Source: Camelus dromedarius
Taxonomy: Eukaryota
Direction of reading: 5' to 3'
DNA length: 64,000 nucleotides
Assembly (NCBI RefSeq): GCF_036321535.1
Contig: NC_087472.1
Location: forward strand, 102,364,001-102,428,000
Below the pieces are notes generated by a model. It was not told the DNA's origin, searched no databases, and saw nothing but the letters and a program-made list of their open reading frames with translations. This document shows positions 29,531-42,429 of this stretch, in pieces; position 1 is the first letter of the stretch, and each line of letters starts with the position of its first letter. A program made the position numbers and the translations under genes.

Positions 29531-29956
29531 CCCTAGCTCCTCCTTGCCCACAGCCTTCAGCAGCACCTCCTGAATTATGGGGGCCCGATTGGCCCCACCC
29601 AGCAGGATCACCTGCTCGATCTCATTCAGATTCTTCTCGGCACTCTGGAGGGCCTGCTGCACGGGCTAAGCACCCAGTCAGGTAAGTCTGCACACAATTC
29701 TTCAAACTCGGCTCCAATCACCTTTGCCCTGAAACCCACATCGTCCATCAGGCCCGGGATCTGTGCCATGTGGTTGACATTGGCACTCAGGACGGTCTTG
29801 AGTCAACTGGCCCCACACATCCTTGGCTCCCTAAAAAGCTGGTCAGGTGCTCATGCGGCTGGAGCTCCATCTCCAGGCTCTCCAGGTTTGGTCAAATCCC
29901 ACTCCCTGGATCCGCAGCTATGGCTGCATCCCCGCATCCTTAGTCTTCACTGTCTG
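29531..29956 (-). pseudogene. HYOU1: Processed pseudogene fragment of HYOU1 (GRP170/ORP150) in TXLNG intron 1
   Basis: Translates in shifting frames to VKTK...GFDQT...LEMEL...LKTVLSAN..HMAQI.GLMDDV.F.AKV...EFEELCADL...QQALQSAEKNLNEIEQVILLGGANRAP.IQEVLLKAVGKEELG, matching the HYOU1 ATPase domain; no introns; frameshifts and deletions. Confidence 0.88.
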
Positions 29957-32900
29957 TTATAAAGTAGGCAAAGGGACCCTTCAGAACCTACAAGCCCCAT
30001 TACCCCATTTAATCTTCTCCACTCCACTGAGAGGTGGGCCTTACTTTTCCCAGAAAAGGAAAGTGAGACTCAGTGAGCTGAAGTAACTTACCCAAGATCA
30101 TATTAAAGTCAGTATAAGGGGTCAGCAAAATTCAAAACCAGGTCTGTCAAATTCAAGACCCTATGTTCCCACCATTACCCTACTCCCCTCCGTTCACACC
30201 GCAGCCTTGGAAAATGAAGTTCAAAGTCAAACAGGCAGTTACAAAACAAATTTAAGAAATTCAATGTCTAAAAATACACAAGTTGCTAGATGTACCAGTA
30301 TGAATTTAGGAGCACACTGGGGAAGAGCTGGAGAATTTTTAGCAGTCATTAACTCTGGATTTAAGGAGGTGAGACAGAACTAATTTGGAGGTAGGGATAT
30401 CTTCAAATAATATTAAGTGATTATATTTAAGGTATTAGGGTTTTTTTGTTTTGTTTTGTTTTACTTTTTTGTGTCTTCAGATAAGCTAAATTATCTCTAA
30501 AAAGCCCTTCAACCCTGTGTTTCTAATAACTTACCCTAAGAGTCATCAACTGCCAAACAGGAATGTGAAGACAAGGGTGCGTGCTTGCCCGGGCCCGTGC
30601 GGGCCAGCGCCGGGGCGGTTAGTACCCAGGACACCAAAGACGCTCTCTGCTCTCGGCATGTCTGCTATAGGCCTTGATTGATTTTGGAAATGTGAACCTC
30701 TCTCCTAAACATTTCCAGTATGTTGAGGGGCTTTCACATTTCCAAATACAAATTTTACAAACCTACCATTTTCGTATGTTTTTGTATTATTTTTTAAAAT
30801 GGATGGATGGAGTTGGTGGGTTCACGTGCTTGTTAAACTAGAAAAGTGGCTTCAGCTTTAAACATCACTTAAAATGGTCTATATACTAAGGCTATTTTAA
30901 ATCATTCTGGATAGCAAAGTTTTTCACACAGCTAACACTTTATCATTCATCTCAAAATTGTGTTTTAATCATTTTAGACCAAAGTTTTAAAATATGTATT
31001 CCATAACTCAATGCCTCCTTAAATAGTCTGTCTTACTGTGTTAGAACAAAGGAATGAAATGGAAGGGTTTTTATTTTTAACAGATAAAATGATATAATTA
31101 AGTTCTGCTGTACTTGTTTCTATGATACGCCTATATTCTTTAAGACAATAATTTCTTAATATCTCAAAACATAAACTCCTAAACGTGAGATCTCATTTTT
31201 ATTTCAGATATGGAATACTTGTCTGAGACTTCCTAATTATATAGCACTGTCTTCAGAAACAGGCCACATAGACCCATATATGGGAATTTACTATATTAAA
31301 AACAGTGTCATATCAAATTGGTAAAGGAACTAAACAATCTGAGATATCTCCCAAGCCTTATGGGGGTAAAAAGTGATAAGCTGTCTCACCCCTCCAGATA
31401 TATCAAGATTGAAACATGAAAAATGAAACCAACAAAGAATTAGAAGTTCTAAGTAAAAATTTTTTCATAACCTTAGCAAGTGGAAAAGGCCTTTCTCAGG
31501 AAATCAGACAAGTGAGAAGCTATTTTACTTTTTAAAGAAGAGATCAATTTACTAAATAACAATCGATAACTTTGGACTAGCCAAAAGACTACGTTCATAA
31601 GGGTTTCAAATGAGTCAGAGACTCAATTTTCAAGGGTTTGTGAATAAGTAGATCATTGTTAAAGAACTAAAAATGCCCAACATACAAAAGTGTGTTCAAC
31701 CTCCTTCATAATTGAAGAAATACAAATAAAATGCAAATCAAAGTAATACACTATCTTTTACCAACCAGATTTAGAAGAATGATTTTTAAAAAACCCTTCA
31801 TGTGGGCAAACAGGTCCTTCAGTACAGTCCTGGGAAGTCTATTGGCAGGGTGTTGGTTTTGCAGAGGTATTTAGCAACATTTCTCAACGTCTGAATGCAC
31901 TTTCATTTTCACCAGCGACTCCACTGTAGTTTATCCCACAGATATTCTCACTCAAGGGCAAAGGCTATTCAGCAAACCACCGCTTGTTACCACGCACAAC
32001 TACCGGGATGTCTACCAGTAAGGAACTGGTTAAATAAATAATGGTCATCCACACAAGGTAAAACAAGGCAGCTATTCAAAAGAATAAGGCAGAGCCATGT
32101 CACTACGGACAGATCTCCAAGGTATAATTAAGTAGGGAAAAAGAAACATCTGGTCCAGGATGAACACATCAGTATAAACAAAAATGTATTGGTACAGAAG
32201 CCAGTATACAAAGAAAATTTTTCTATATATTCCTAAAACTGTTCGCCATGTACAGTATTATAAAAAATATTATTATATTTTTTCCACTATTCCACCACAT
32301 ACCAACCTTCGAGCCTGAAGACCTGCAGGAGTTTGTCTCGAAGCAGTTCATGTCATCTTCTCTCTTTTCCCTGCTCTATGGACCTCTGTATCTGTCCCCC
32401 CCAATCTTTACACTACATCCTCTACTGGATTATTGTGGGAGTAGGATCTACTAAACATGATTTTTTTTTAATTGAAGTATAGTTGATTAACAATATTGTG
32501 CTAGTTTCAGGTGTACAGCAAAGTGATTTGGTTATACGTATACATATGTATATATCTCTATTCTTTTTTTTTTCCCCAATTCTTTTCCCTAAGCATGAAT
32601 TTTTGTAGCCATTCTGGCTTATTTCCTTCTTAAAACAATTCTGAAAATTGAAATATCTCATTTAAACTTGGCCTCAATTTATAACCATGGCTAGGATATC
32701 TGCCAAATTGCTTTACCAGTTTAAAAAAAAAATTTAGTCATGGATAATGAACTCTTTCCAAGTACAATCAGATGGTAAATAGTAAAGCCTACTGTTTGAG
32801 ACATATGGGATACACAAAAGAGGGTTACGTTAACAGAGTATGTATGAGGAAAAGTTCCGAGTGAAGGGAGGGAGGAAAAAACCTAACATTTACTAACTGC

Positions 32901-33174
32901 TATGTGCCAGATATTTAAAAATACATTATTTAATTTAGCCTTACAATTCTAAGATAGTGAGAATATTTTTCCATTATACAGATAAACAAGGAAGCAAAGT
33001 AGGAAGGGAGGGAGGGAGAAGAAAGCCATTATCTGAGCCCTACATGCACTCAGCCTGGTATGGACGTAATGCTTCTATGGGGAAGGTCCTCAAGAGTGAC
33101 ATCTAAAGTTAAGAAACACTGAAATATCCAAATGTCCATCGATGGATAAGCTGGTGAAGGAAATGTGGTGCATA

Positions 33175-33229
33175 CAGGCAGACCTTGTTTTATCATGCTT
33201 CACTTTGTTGCACTTCGCAGATATTGTTT

Positions 33230-33262
<33 letters not shown>

Positions 33263-33524
33263 ACAAATTGAAGGTGTGCGTGGCGACCCTGCACTGTCAG
33301 ATAATGATTAGCATTTTTTTAGCAATGAAGTGTTATTTAATCAAGGTATGTACATTATTTTTTAGACATAATGCTACTACACACTTAAGAGACTACAGTA
33401 TCGTGTAAACATAACTTTTATATGCACGAGGAAACCAAAAAATCCACATGACTCACTTTATTGGGTTATTTGCTTTATTGCGGTGGTCTGGAACCCAACC
33501 TGTGCTATCTCCAAGGTGTGCCTG
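33175..33524 (+). mobile_element. Internally deleted Tigger1-type (TcMar) DNA transposon inside an L1 3' fragment (~33130-33900)
   Basis: Ends CAGGCAGACC... and ...GGTGTGCCTG; TA target duplication at 33173-33174 and 33525-33526. Confidence 0.85.
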
Positions 33525-34184
33525 TATATACATACATTAGGACATTATACAGCCTTAAAAAGGAAGAAAATTCTGACACATGCTACAACACAGATGAACC
33601 TGGTAGACATCACGTTAAGTGAAAAAAGCCAGACACAAAAGGACACACATTGTATGATTCCACTAATATCAAATACCTGAAGCAGTCAACTTCATAGAGA
33701 CAGAAAACAGAATGGTGGCTGCCAGGGGCTGGGGGCAGGGTGGATGGAGGACAGAGTTTCAGTCTGGGAAGGTGACAAAGTTCTGGAGATGAATGGTGGG
33801 ACAGCTTGCACAGCACTGTGAATGTCTCAATGCCAAAGAACTGCACACCTAAAAATGGTTAAAACGGTAAATTTTATGTTATGTGTATTTTACCGCACAA
33901 AGAAATACAATGAATCATGATTTCAAATGTTCAAGCCTTTAGCAAATAAAACTTAACTTTATACAGGTCATCAGGAATTAACTGTAAAAATATTCTGATT
34001 GCTAGGATTACTGAATCGCTCCATTAGCAAGATAAAGCAGTTGAGTAGTAATTGGGATGCCATATTCCTCAAAACAAGTCTTAGGAAAAGGCCCAGGAAA
34101 AATAAACCTATTCTCTTCTGGCAAAACAGTACCGGGGAAGATGAAACAAGAAAAAGTAGACCCCACTTCTGATAAAATCAAAGG

Positions 34185-35400
34185 GCAGTGGTTCTCCAGT
34201 ACACTCTGTGGACCCTTCCAGGTAGTCTGCAGGCTCAAAAACTATTTCATAGTAACACTGAAATGGCATTTGTCTTTTTTGGTGTATAGGTGTGTAGGTG
34301 TTGACACCTACACTGATGGTGCAAACGTTATCATGACTAACACTTCTGACTCCTTAGAACAAATCAAGGCAGTGGCACCAAAATATATCAGGAGTCATGG
34401 GTTTCATCACTATACCATGTACTCAAGGTGGGGGTGGGGACAGTTCACCTAAAAATGCCCTTGGGGAAGCAATAAAAAATTATTAATTTGTATTAAATCT
34501 CAACCCTTGAGTACACATCTTTTTCTATTCTGTGTGAGGATACAGAGCACTTCTGCTACACAACAAAGTATGCTGGGGATCTTGAGAAAAAGCACTAACG
34601 CAGCTCTTGGAATTATGAGCCCAACTGGCAGCGTTTTCAAGGATCACCTTTTTGTAGTCCTTTGAAGGACAGTCTATGCGTGTGTATTCAGACTTGGGTA
34701 TCTGGCAGACATTTTCTCCAAAATATGTGAAGTGAGCCTGTCACTTCAAGGCAAACAACTCAAAGTGTTTGTTGTCAAAGATAAAATAGTGAGTTTTCAA
34801 GCAAAATTTAGAGTTTTTAAAAACTATCTGCCACCATGAGCTTCCCAATACTTAAAAAGACTTTTCTGTGGAAATCAGTGGTGATATTAACAAGATTTTG
34901 ATATTGTAAAACAAAACGTGCTAACAGTTGGAAGAGCAACACAATTCAGTAAATCAGTACTTTCCAAATGACTAACGGATGATGTTACAAAATGATGCAT
35001 GGGAGAAAACATCCATTCAAAGTGCAAAACAGACCCAGAGTTTTCAAACTACGAAAAGTTCAATGGGGTTTCAGATCCCACACTGGCAACTAACCTGCAA
35101 GAACAACTACTTGCCAAGTTTTGGTGTAGTATCGAAGAATTTCCACCATCATCTAAAAAGGCTATTAAAATATTCTGCCCTGTTCCAGCTACATATGTGT
35201 GTGAGGCTAAACTGTTCATACACATCACCTAAACTGGCACACTGCCGCAGACTGAAGCAGCAGCAGAGACAGAACTCAGCTGTCTCCTACTAACTCAATC
35301 ATTAAAGAAATCTGCAAAAACGTAAAACAATGCCACTCTTCTCAACTCTTATTCTGGAAAATCAGCTACTTTTAATTTTACAACAGTATTTACATGAACG
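34185..35400. mobile_element. hAT-Charlie1-like DNA transposon remnant
   Basis: ttcagacttgggtatctggcagacattttctc...gagcctgtcacttcaagg, gctacatatgtgtgtgaggct; recognised from memory. Confidence 0.7.
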
Positions 35401-35940
35401 TGTAGAAGGCAGCTTCTGACAAGGCCCCCAACAATCCTCGATCCTCGAGGTATCCACGACCTTGTATAATCACCTCCCCTTGAGTGTGGGCAAGACCTAG
35501 TAACTTCTAAGGAAGAGAGAATTTGGCAAAAGTGAGAGGACATTACTTCTTTGATGATGTGATGAAGGACTGCCCCTCCTCCGCCACTGCGCAGGCACTC
35601 TCTCCTCGCTACTCTGGTGCAGCAGCAGCCATGCTGTGAGGTGTCCATGGAAAGGACCCCGTGGCAAGGGACCAAGGGAGTCCTCCAGCCAACAAGAGCT
35701 CATGAGGAACCAAGGCCTCAGTCCAACAACTTGCAAGGAATTGAATCCTGCCAACAACCACCCGAGCGAGCTAGGAAGTGGACCCTTCCCAGACAAGCCT
35801 TCGGATGACAGCAGCCCACCAGAGGTGGAAGCAGAGGACCCAGCTAAGCCAGTTCTGATGGACAGAAACTGAGATCATAAATGCTGCTTCAAGCACTAAG
35901 TTTTGGGGTGATAGTTATACAGCAATAGACAACTAGTACA
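35401..35940 (+). mobile_element. MaLR (MLT1-type) solo LTR
   Basis: TG...CA ends; cagccatgctgtgag, gaatcctgccaacaacc, gttatacagcaatagacaacta motifs. Confidence 0.78.
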
Positions 35941-38900
35941 CCACCAGCTGATCTTTTCAATTGAATAATCATCTGAAAATTGTTTTGACTTCTAAAATAT
36001 AGGAAGCATTATTAGGTATAACCCAACTAAATGAAAACTCCTTGGGATTCTCATTTTTAAGTGTGCAGAAAGATTCTGAAACCACAAAGTTTGAGGACTG
36101 CTGTGCTGGCTGCGGTGGAACAGGGACAGCGAGGGACTCGGCCAGCTCAGTCCAGCCACGGTCCGCGAGGGCTCCCTGTCTGGGCACCCAGAGCCGAGCA
36201 GATTCATCCCCAGGGAACACGAAAGGTGGGAGGACAGAGAGGAGAGAGCCGGGGCCTTCCTGTTCAACCACACCGAACAAATTAGCCTTTCCCTTTGGGC
36301 TGTGACTGGTGTACCGTACAGTATAACCACATGGGTGGTGAGGGAGAATTGGTATAAACCATTTTCCCTTGGCCTTTCTTTGTTGCTGTGGTTCATTCAG
36401 AAGCTTCTCCAACAGTACTTGATATATTCCCTCACGTAACCCTCAGAACTATCTTAAAGGCAGGTATGATGAACAAATAGCTTCAGTGATCAGGTAATTT
36501 TAAGTAATTTGTCCAGTCACAGACCTAGCACTTGGAAAGCAGACACTGAACTCTTATCTTTCTCTACATATTCCAAAGAGTATGTTCTTCCAAGGGTACG
36601 TTAAAAATAAACAGGTGTGGTTATGGTCACACAACTCCAAATATACTAAAACCAGTGAACTGTACTCTGTAAGTGGATAATTTGTATGGTATGCACACAT
36701 CATTTGCCTTTTACTCAAAGGATGATGGCATGAGATTTCACACTTACTTCTAAAGCCATTTCTTTTATTAAAAGGAAGGGTGCTGGACTCCATGATTTAC
36801 AAAATCACTTCTAGCTCTAAAATTGTAATTCAGTGATTATCAGCAATCTGAGAGATACCTGAACTAGCCTAAACACCTATCTAGGCAGCAAAAGGGTCAG
36901 GAAATAAGATTTTAATGCCCAAAGCTACAGCACTATGCTGGGGCTTGATCTATTTTGCCAAAGGGAAGGAGCTGAGCCACACATTCAGCACCTTCAAGTC
37001 ACAGACTCTTAAGAAAATGGTCCTCTACTTTTTATGAGTGATCTAAGTGCAACATCCCTGTCCCAATTTTATGGAGTCATCCTTCCTCAGTTCCACATGG
37101 ACCAATCATGATGCACATCTGAAACATCAACCCTTCTCTTTTTACTTGTCCTACTGAACCCAGCCACTTCAGCTTTTTGTTACCACTGTGTTGTGTAGAC
37201 TTTGAGAGGTTTAAAAGGCTCCCTCTAAAACTTTCAATTCATCCAAATTACATTTGGAGGTGACTTTGCAGGAAGGTACACGGCAGCACACCTCCAAAAT
37301 GATGTATCTTAAGGTCAACGTAGGGCCTAAGGGAATGAAACAAATGGTAGTAAAGATATAAGGCTCAAAACTCCCCAGGTTCCTGAATTACAACCACTTT
37401 CCTATACCCACAATGGCCCAACCCCACCCTTTAAAATTTGTTTTCATTCAGCAAAAACTAATACTCGTTTTACGTACCACCAAGTTCTACTCACATTCAA
37501 CAAGGAACACATTCTCATTTACTATCCTTGAGAAATGTGTTTAGAGAGCACAAGACACATGGAATATGGGTAATGCCTTTGGAGCCAAAAGACCTCGGCC
37601 TCTGAACAGACCACTTACTACCTCCTGGGTGGCCATGGGGAGATCAACCTCTCAGTTTCCCGATCTGTAAACCAGGGATGTACAGGACCTACCTTCTAGA
37701 GTTGTAAGAAGATTAGATACAATGAATATATATTGCTAGCATGTTGCAGAACTGTTTATAATATCTGAATAAAGATACAATTTACAAATTATGCAAAATG
37801 CCTACATTCTTACTTTTAATATTGCCCACATGTCAATTCAAAAAATCCTTAAAGAAACATGTTTCTAAGCAACTGTACCTCTTCCTCACCAAACCATCCT
37901 ACTTTGACCTGAGACAAGGAAAAACAGAAAAATGAAAAAGTGATAGTTTAGCAATATTACTCATGACAGTCGCAGAGTGGGAGGTGGGTGATGATAAGAG
38001 GACGACACTGGTCATTTAAAATATCTTTTCCTTCAAGAACATTTAAGTAGTTATAAGCAACAAGAGAATTTCAACTAGGAAATAAAGTAAATCATAAAAA
38101 TATACTCCAGGTTCAAACCCTTAAAGGGTCATCTGGCCTATTTTTATCCTCTTCTAGAAACGCTCCACTTGGGAAAAATTTAACCGTAGCTAATTCTCAA
38201 TGTTGATGAATACTGTATTAAGCTGATATTTCACTTTATACACTTTACTGTTACATTCATTATACTAACTTAAAGTTACTGATAATCACAACAGAACCAA
38301 ACAAACAGGAACTGAGGAGGAAGGGGGCGGGAAGGGGAGGAAGAAAGAGGCAAAGGGATTTCTTTGGGATGTTGGGTTAGAACTTCCCAGGTGACAGAAT
38401 CTGCGCGTGGAGTAGGGTACGTCAGTTGTATTATCAATTACACAATTAAATATCAGCTCAAGGCCAACTTTACCAACTCTGAGCTGTGCTATTTAAGCAA
38501 GGTTTTCTTTTGGACTGAGCTTCAGATGCCCTATCTATATCTGCAGAGATAAGGAAATATTAGATAGAATGTCAATTTTAAGTGCCTAGCACAATGCAGG
38601 AAATAGTGAGAACTCGGAATCCTTTCCTTTGAAACACAACTCTCTAAAAAGTATAAAATCTGAGCAGCTTATTTATTGAAAAGAAATCTATTATAGTGAC
38701 TCCTTCCGTGAAGAATCTCACACAAAGGCAAATCACACACACTGTTTTATAAAGTCTGGATTTGGCGCACACATTTCTAAACAAAACTTCTCTAGTCAAG
38801 ACCAATATAGAGGACACCAAATCATATACAACACCTACCAGTAACACAATATATCAACGTAGTATATTATGATCGATGAAAAGTGGTACTGCTGGAGGGA

Positions 38901-39019
38901 CTGCTGTATCTGGTCTGCTCTCATTACTGCTTTGCCTGTTTGGTTCTTCATGAAAATAAAATTTACCAAAGCTTGCTGACAGAGTGACAGGGTTAATGAT
39001 CACTGGGTGGGTGGGTGGG

Positions 39020-39235
39020 GAATAAACTAGGAGTTTGGGATTAGCAGATACAAACTACTATATACAAAACAGATAAACAACAAGGTCCTACTGTATAGCA
39101 CAGGGAACTATATTCAATACCTTGTAATAGCCCATAATGAAAAAGAGCATGTACATATATGTAGAACTGGATCACTATGCTGTACACCAGAAACTAGCAC
39201 AACATTGTTAATCAACTATATTTCAATTTTAAAAA
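39020..39235 (+). mobile_element. Short L1 3' UTR insertion
   Basis: ggagtttgggattagcagatac...gtatagcacagggaactatattc...caactata. Confidence 0.85.
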
Positions 39236-40539
39236 ATGTATTCCAAAAACACCTATTAAAAAGAATTAGATGACACTGTTGCAAATGGAAGATCACTTTG
39301 GTTCTTACTACTTAATTTCTGTGGCAGAAGAGTGGAAATTCATCATCAAGTCCACAAATGGGGAGAAAAGGTAATGAAATGGTTTCTTCCCATCCCATAC
39401 TCTTGCTCCATCCTGACCTGATTTCTCCTCGTTATGGCTATCACAGAGAGATTCTGGGAAAAGGGAATACAAAGGTTGGGAGACAGAGAAATGAATCTTT
39501 CATATACTATCCCCTGCACACCAACTAAAATTCGCCACACCTGGCACGGTGCTGAATGTGTCACATTGACTCTTACACTTCACAACAATCCTATGTGGTC
39601 GGTGTCAGCATCATCCCCTCTTCACAGTGATGCAACTGAAGCTGAGAAGGATTGCGAAACCTGCCCAAGGCTGCACAGCTAGGAAAAGGCAGAGAGCCAG
39701 GAGTCTTGAGCAAACCCATACTATTTGCCCACTACCCACTACTTATTACCATAGTGTGGATGAAAGGGTACTGGATTCCAGGTTGGACTTCACGCCTTAG
39801 GCAAATCACCTGACCTTGCTGAGCAATTTATCGTCTGCAAATGAGGACAATGACAGCTGCCCAGCCTTCTCCACAGCATCTGAATGACACTGAAAGAGTT
39901 AATCTATCTGCAAATATGCCATAAAAACTAAAGGGGCACCATGTACATGTAAGACTGAGCAGAGGTTCCATGTATCTTCATCCTTCCTATTTGACCTAAA
40001 AATAAATTTAATAGTAGTTAAACACTTTTTAACACTCCAAGAAAAACTTTAAGGGAAAAAAATCAATCTTAGACATTCTGGAAAGGCAAAACTATAGAGT
40101 CTGTAAAAAGATCAGTTTGGGGGAAGAGAGGGAGGAATGAGTTAAATTTTTAGGGCAGTGAACTCTTCTGTATGATACTGTAGCGGTCGATATATCTGTC
40201 AAAACTCTTAGAATGTAAAATATCAAGAATGAACCCTAATGTAAATTATGGACTTTAATTAATAAGAATATTTCTAACAAATGTACCACACCAATGCAAG
40301 ATATAAATAATAGGGGAAAGGGGTACATGTGAGGGGATAGATGGGAACTCTGCAATTTATATTCATTGTCTGGTAAACTTAAAACTGCTCAAAAAAAAAG
40401 GTTTTAAAACAAAATTTAAAAAAACTCAACCTTGTAAAACAAAGTCTACATAGGGATTTAGGAATTAGTATGAATGACCTTGGCATTCTAAAAATGCCTG
40501 GAATACTTGACAATGTAATATCCCATCTTTTTAGACCAA

Positions 40540-40732
40540 TATTGTCCAACAGAACTTTACGCAATGATGGAAATATTCTAGATCTGCTCTAATACAGCAG
40601 TCACTAGCCACATTGGCTATCAAACACTTGAAATATGCCTAGTATACTGAGGAATGGAATTTTTAATTTCATCTAATTTTAATTAACATTTAAATAGCCA
40701 CAAGTGGCTAGTGGCTATCATCTCAAACAGCA
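40540..40732. mobile_element. MER3/MER33-like hAT MITE
   Basis: tgtccaacagaacttt..gatggaaatattct, cactagccaca / gtggctagtggc internal palindromic arms. Confidence 0.65.
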
Positions 40733-40776
40733 GAGTTTGTCTAAAATTCAAGAGCCCCATAGAAATGTATTGTAAT

Positions 40777-40892
40777 GGGGGGTGGGAGGGGTGAGTGTAT
40801 CTTAGTAGTAGAGTGAGTGCTTAGCATGCACAAGGTCCTAGGTTCAATCCTCAGTACCTCCGTTTAAAAAATAAAAATAAAAACAAAAATAA
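40777..40892 (+). mobile_element. tRNA-Ala-derived SINE (vic-1-like)
   Basis: tRNA-like head and A-tail; TSD aaatgtattgta / aaatgtactgta. Confidence 0.85.
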
Positions 40893-42429
40893 AAATGTAC
40901 TGTAGCATCAACTTTAAAAGAAAAAAGTTACCTCAAGAGACCATTCAAATGGATGTAGTTGTGAGACAATGCCACAATTCCCTAAGTCAAGAGTGAATGA
41001 AGGGTGGTTAAAATAACCAGGAAGCAACACAGCCCATCTGCAACTGTTTCTCACTTTAAGTTCCATAATGTAACCCAATAGTGGCAAAACGGTCGCTTTT
41101 CCTTGAATTCCTTCAGTATTTTCAAAACAACCCGATTAGTTAAACATCATTTCTGCTTCCTGAAAAATAGGGCAGAGGTCAAGTTAGAATTAGGACTATG
41201 TTTTCAAGCTGGTGACCCAGAGGAAATAAAAAATGAAGGGTCGTAAGGAAATAACATAAACTTGACTTCTGCAAACCTAAGACAGTCACCCAATTTTTTG
41301 AATGAAAATTCAAGAACTAAGGTTTAATCATGTATTTCAATTCCACGTCACAGGAAATCAAAAGAAAACAAGATGCCTAGAAAAGCGTGAGCAAAGAAAG
41401 GTGCCTGAGGTAAGTCAACAAAAATGAAATGGTAGAGACACACAGGGCTATTCTTATCCAGCTGTTAACCAGAGCGCTACTCAAAGGGTCATTACCTCTT
41501 GGTTGTTTCAAATGATAGTTGATTAAAGCTCAGTTCCTAATTCAGACTTTTTGTCCTTATCCCAGTGGCAAAAAAGGTAACTCATGTCCTCAATTGCAGT
41601 GACTTTTTCTCAGAGTCCTCCCCTGGGGGTCCTATGAAATCAAACACTGAGATTGGCTCCCCACCCTCAGGGAATAAGTGCCGTGTCCAAAGTGATGGTG
41701 TTGAATCCCTAGAGTACATTCGGTCCACAGCTTCTTTCTCAGTTCTGCAAGTGCTGGATCTTTCTTTTAGAGTACAAAGAGAGGGAGAGAAAGAGGTAAT
41801 TGAGAAGTAGTAACACCCTCATGCAGAGAGACATGAAAACACCTGACCTTAGAAATAGGTCCCAAAAGCTAACTCTTCACACTTTGCCCAGAGGTAGACG
41901 GAACCTTTGTTCTCCTTTTTCAAGTTCACGAACCGCATTAGAAAAATACTATTTCGTAAGTTGACACAGGAGTGATCTTTAACAGTATTCAAATGCTTAA
42001 TTAGGTAATATTAAATAGCCCCGACAGATCAAGCAGGACGTCCAAACAAGTTGAACGTTTCAATATGTTCAACTGCAAGGAGAAAGACGGGTTTCCACCT
42101 TCCCAGCCCTTTTCCCCCTCACTTCTCTATTCCTGGGCCCAAAAGCCCTGTACCCTGGTCGTTGTGCAATCTTTTTCGAACTCCACCCACTGACTCCAGA
42201 ACAAGTGGAATTCTCCCATTCTGAAGGTCTTGATTTTCCTGTATCCAGGGAGACACTGAAAACTCCTTGACGTGAGTCAAGTAAGGCAAGGGGAACGGTC
42301 CAGCCTGACTCCCAGATTAAGAGAGACCAAAGGCCAAGGTGGGGGAGGCGCTCAAGTTTCCGCTCACCAAGGGGGTAAAAAAAAAAAAGGAAAGGAAAGG
42401 TGAAGGGATAAAGAGCGAGAAGGGGAAGG

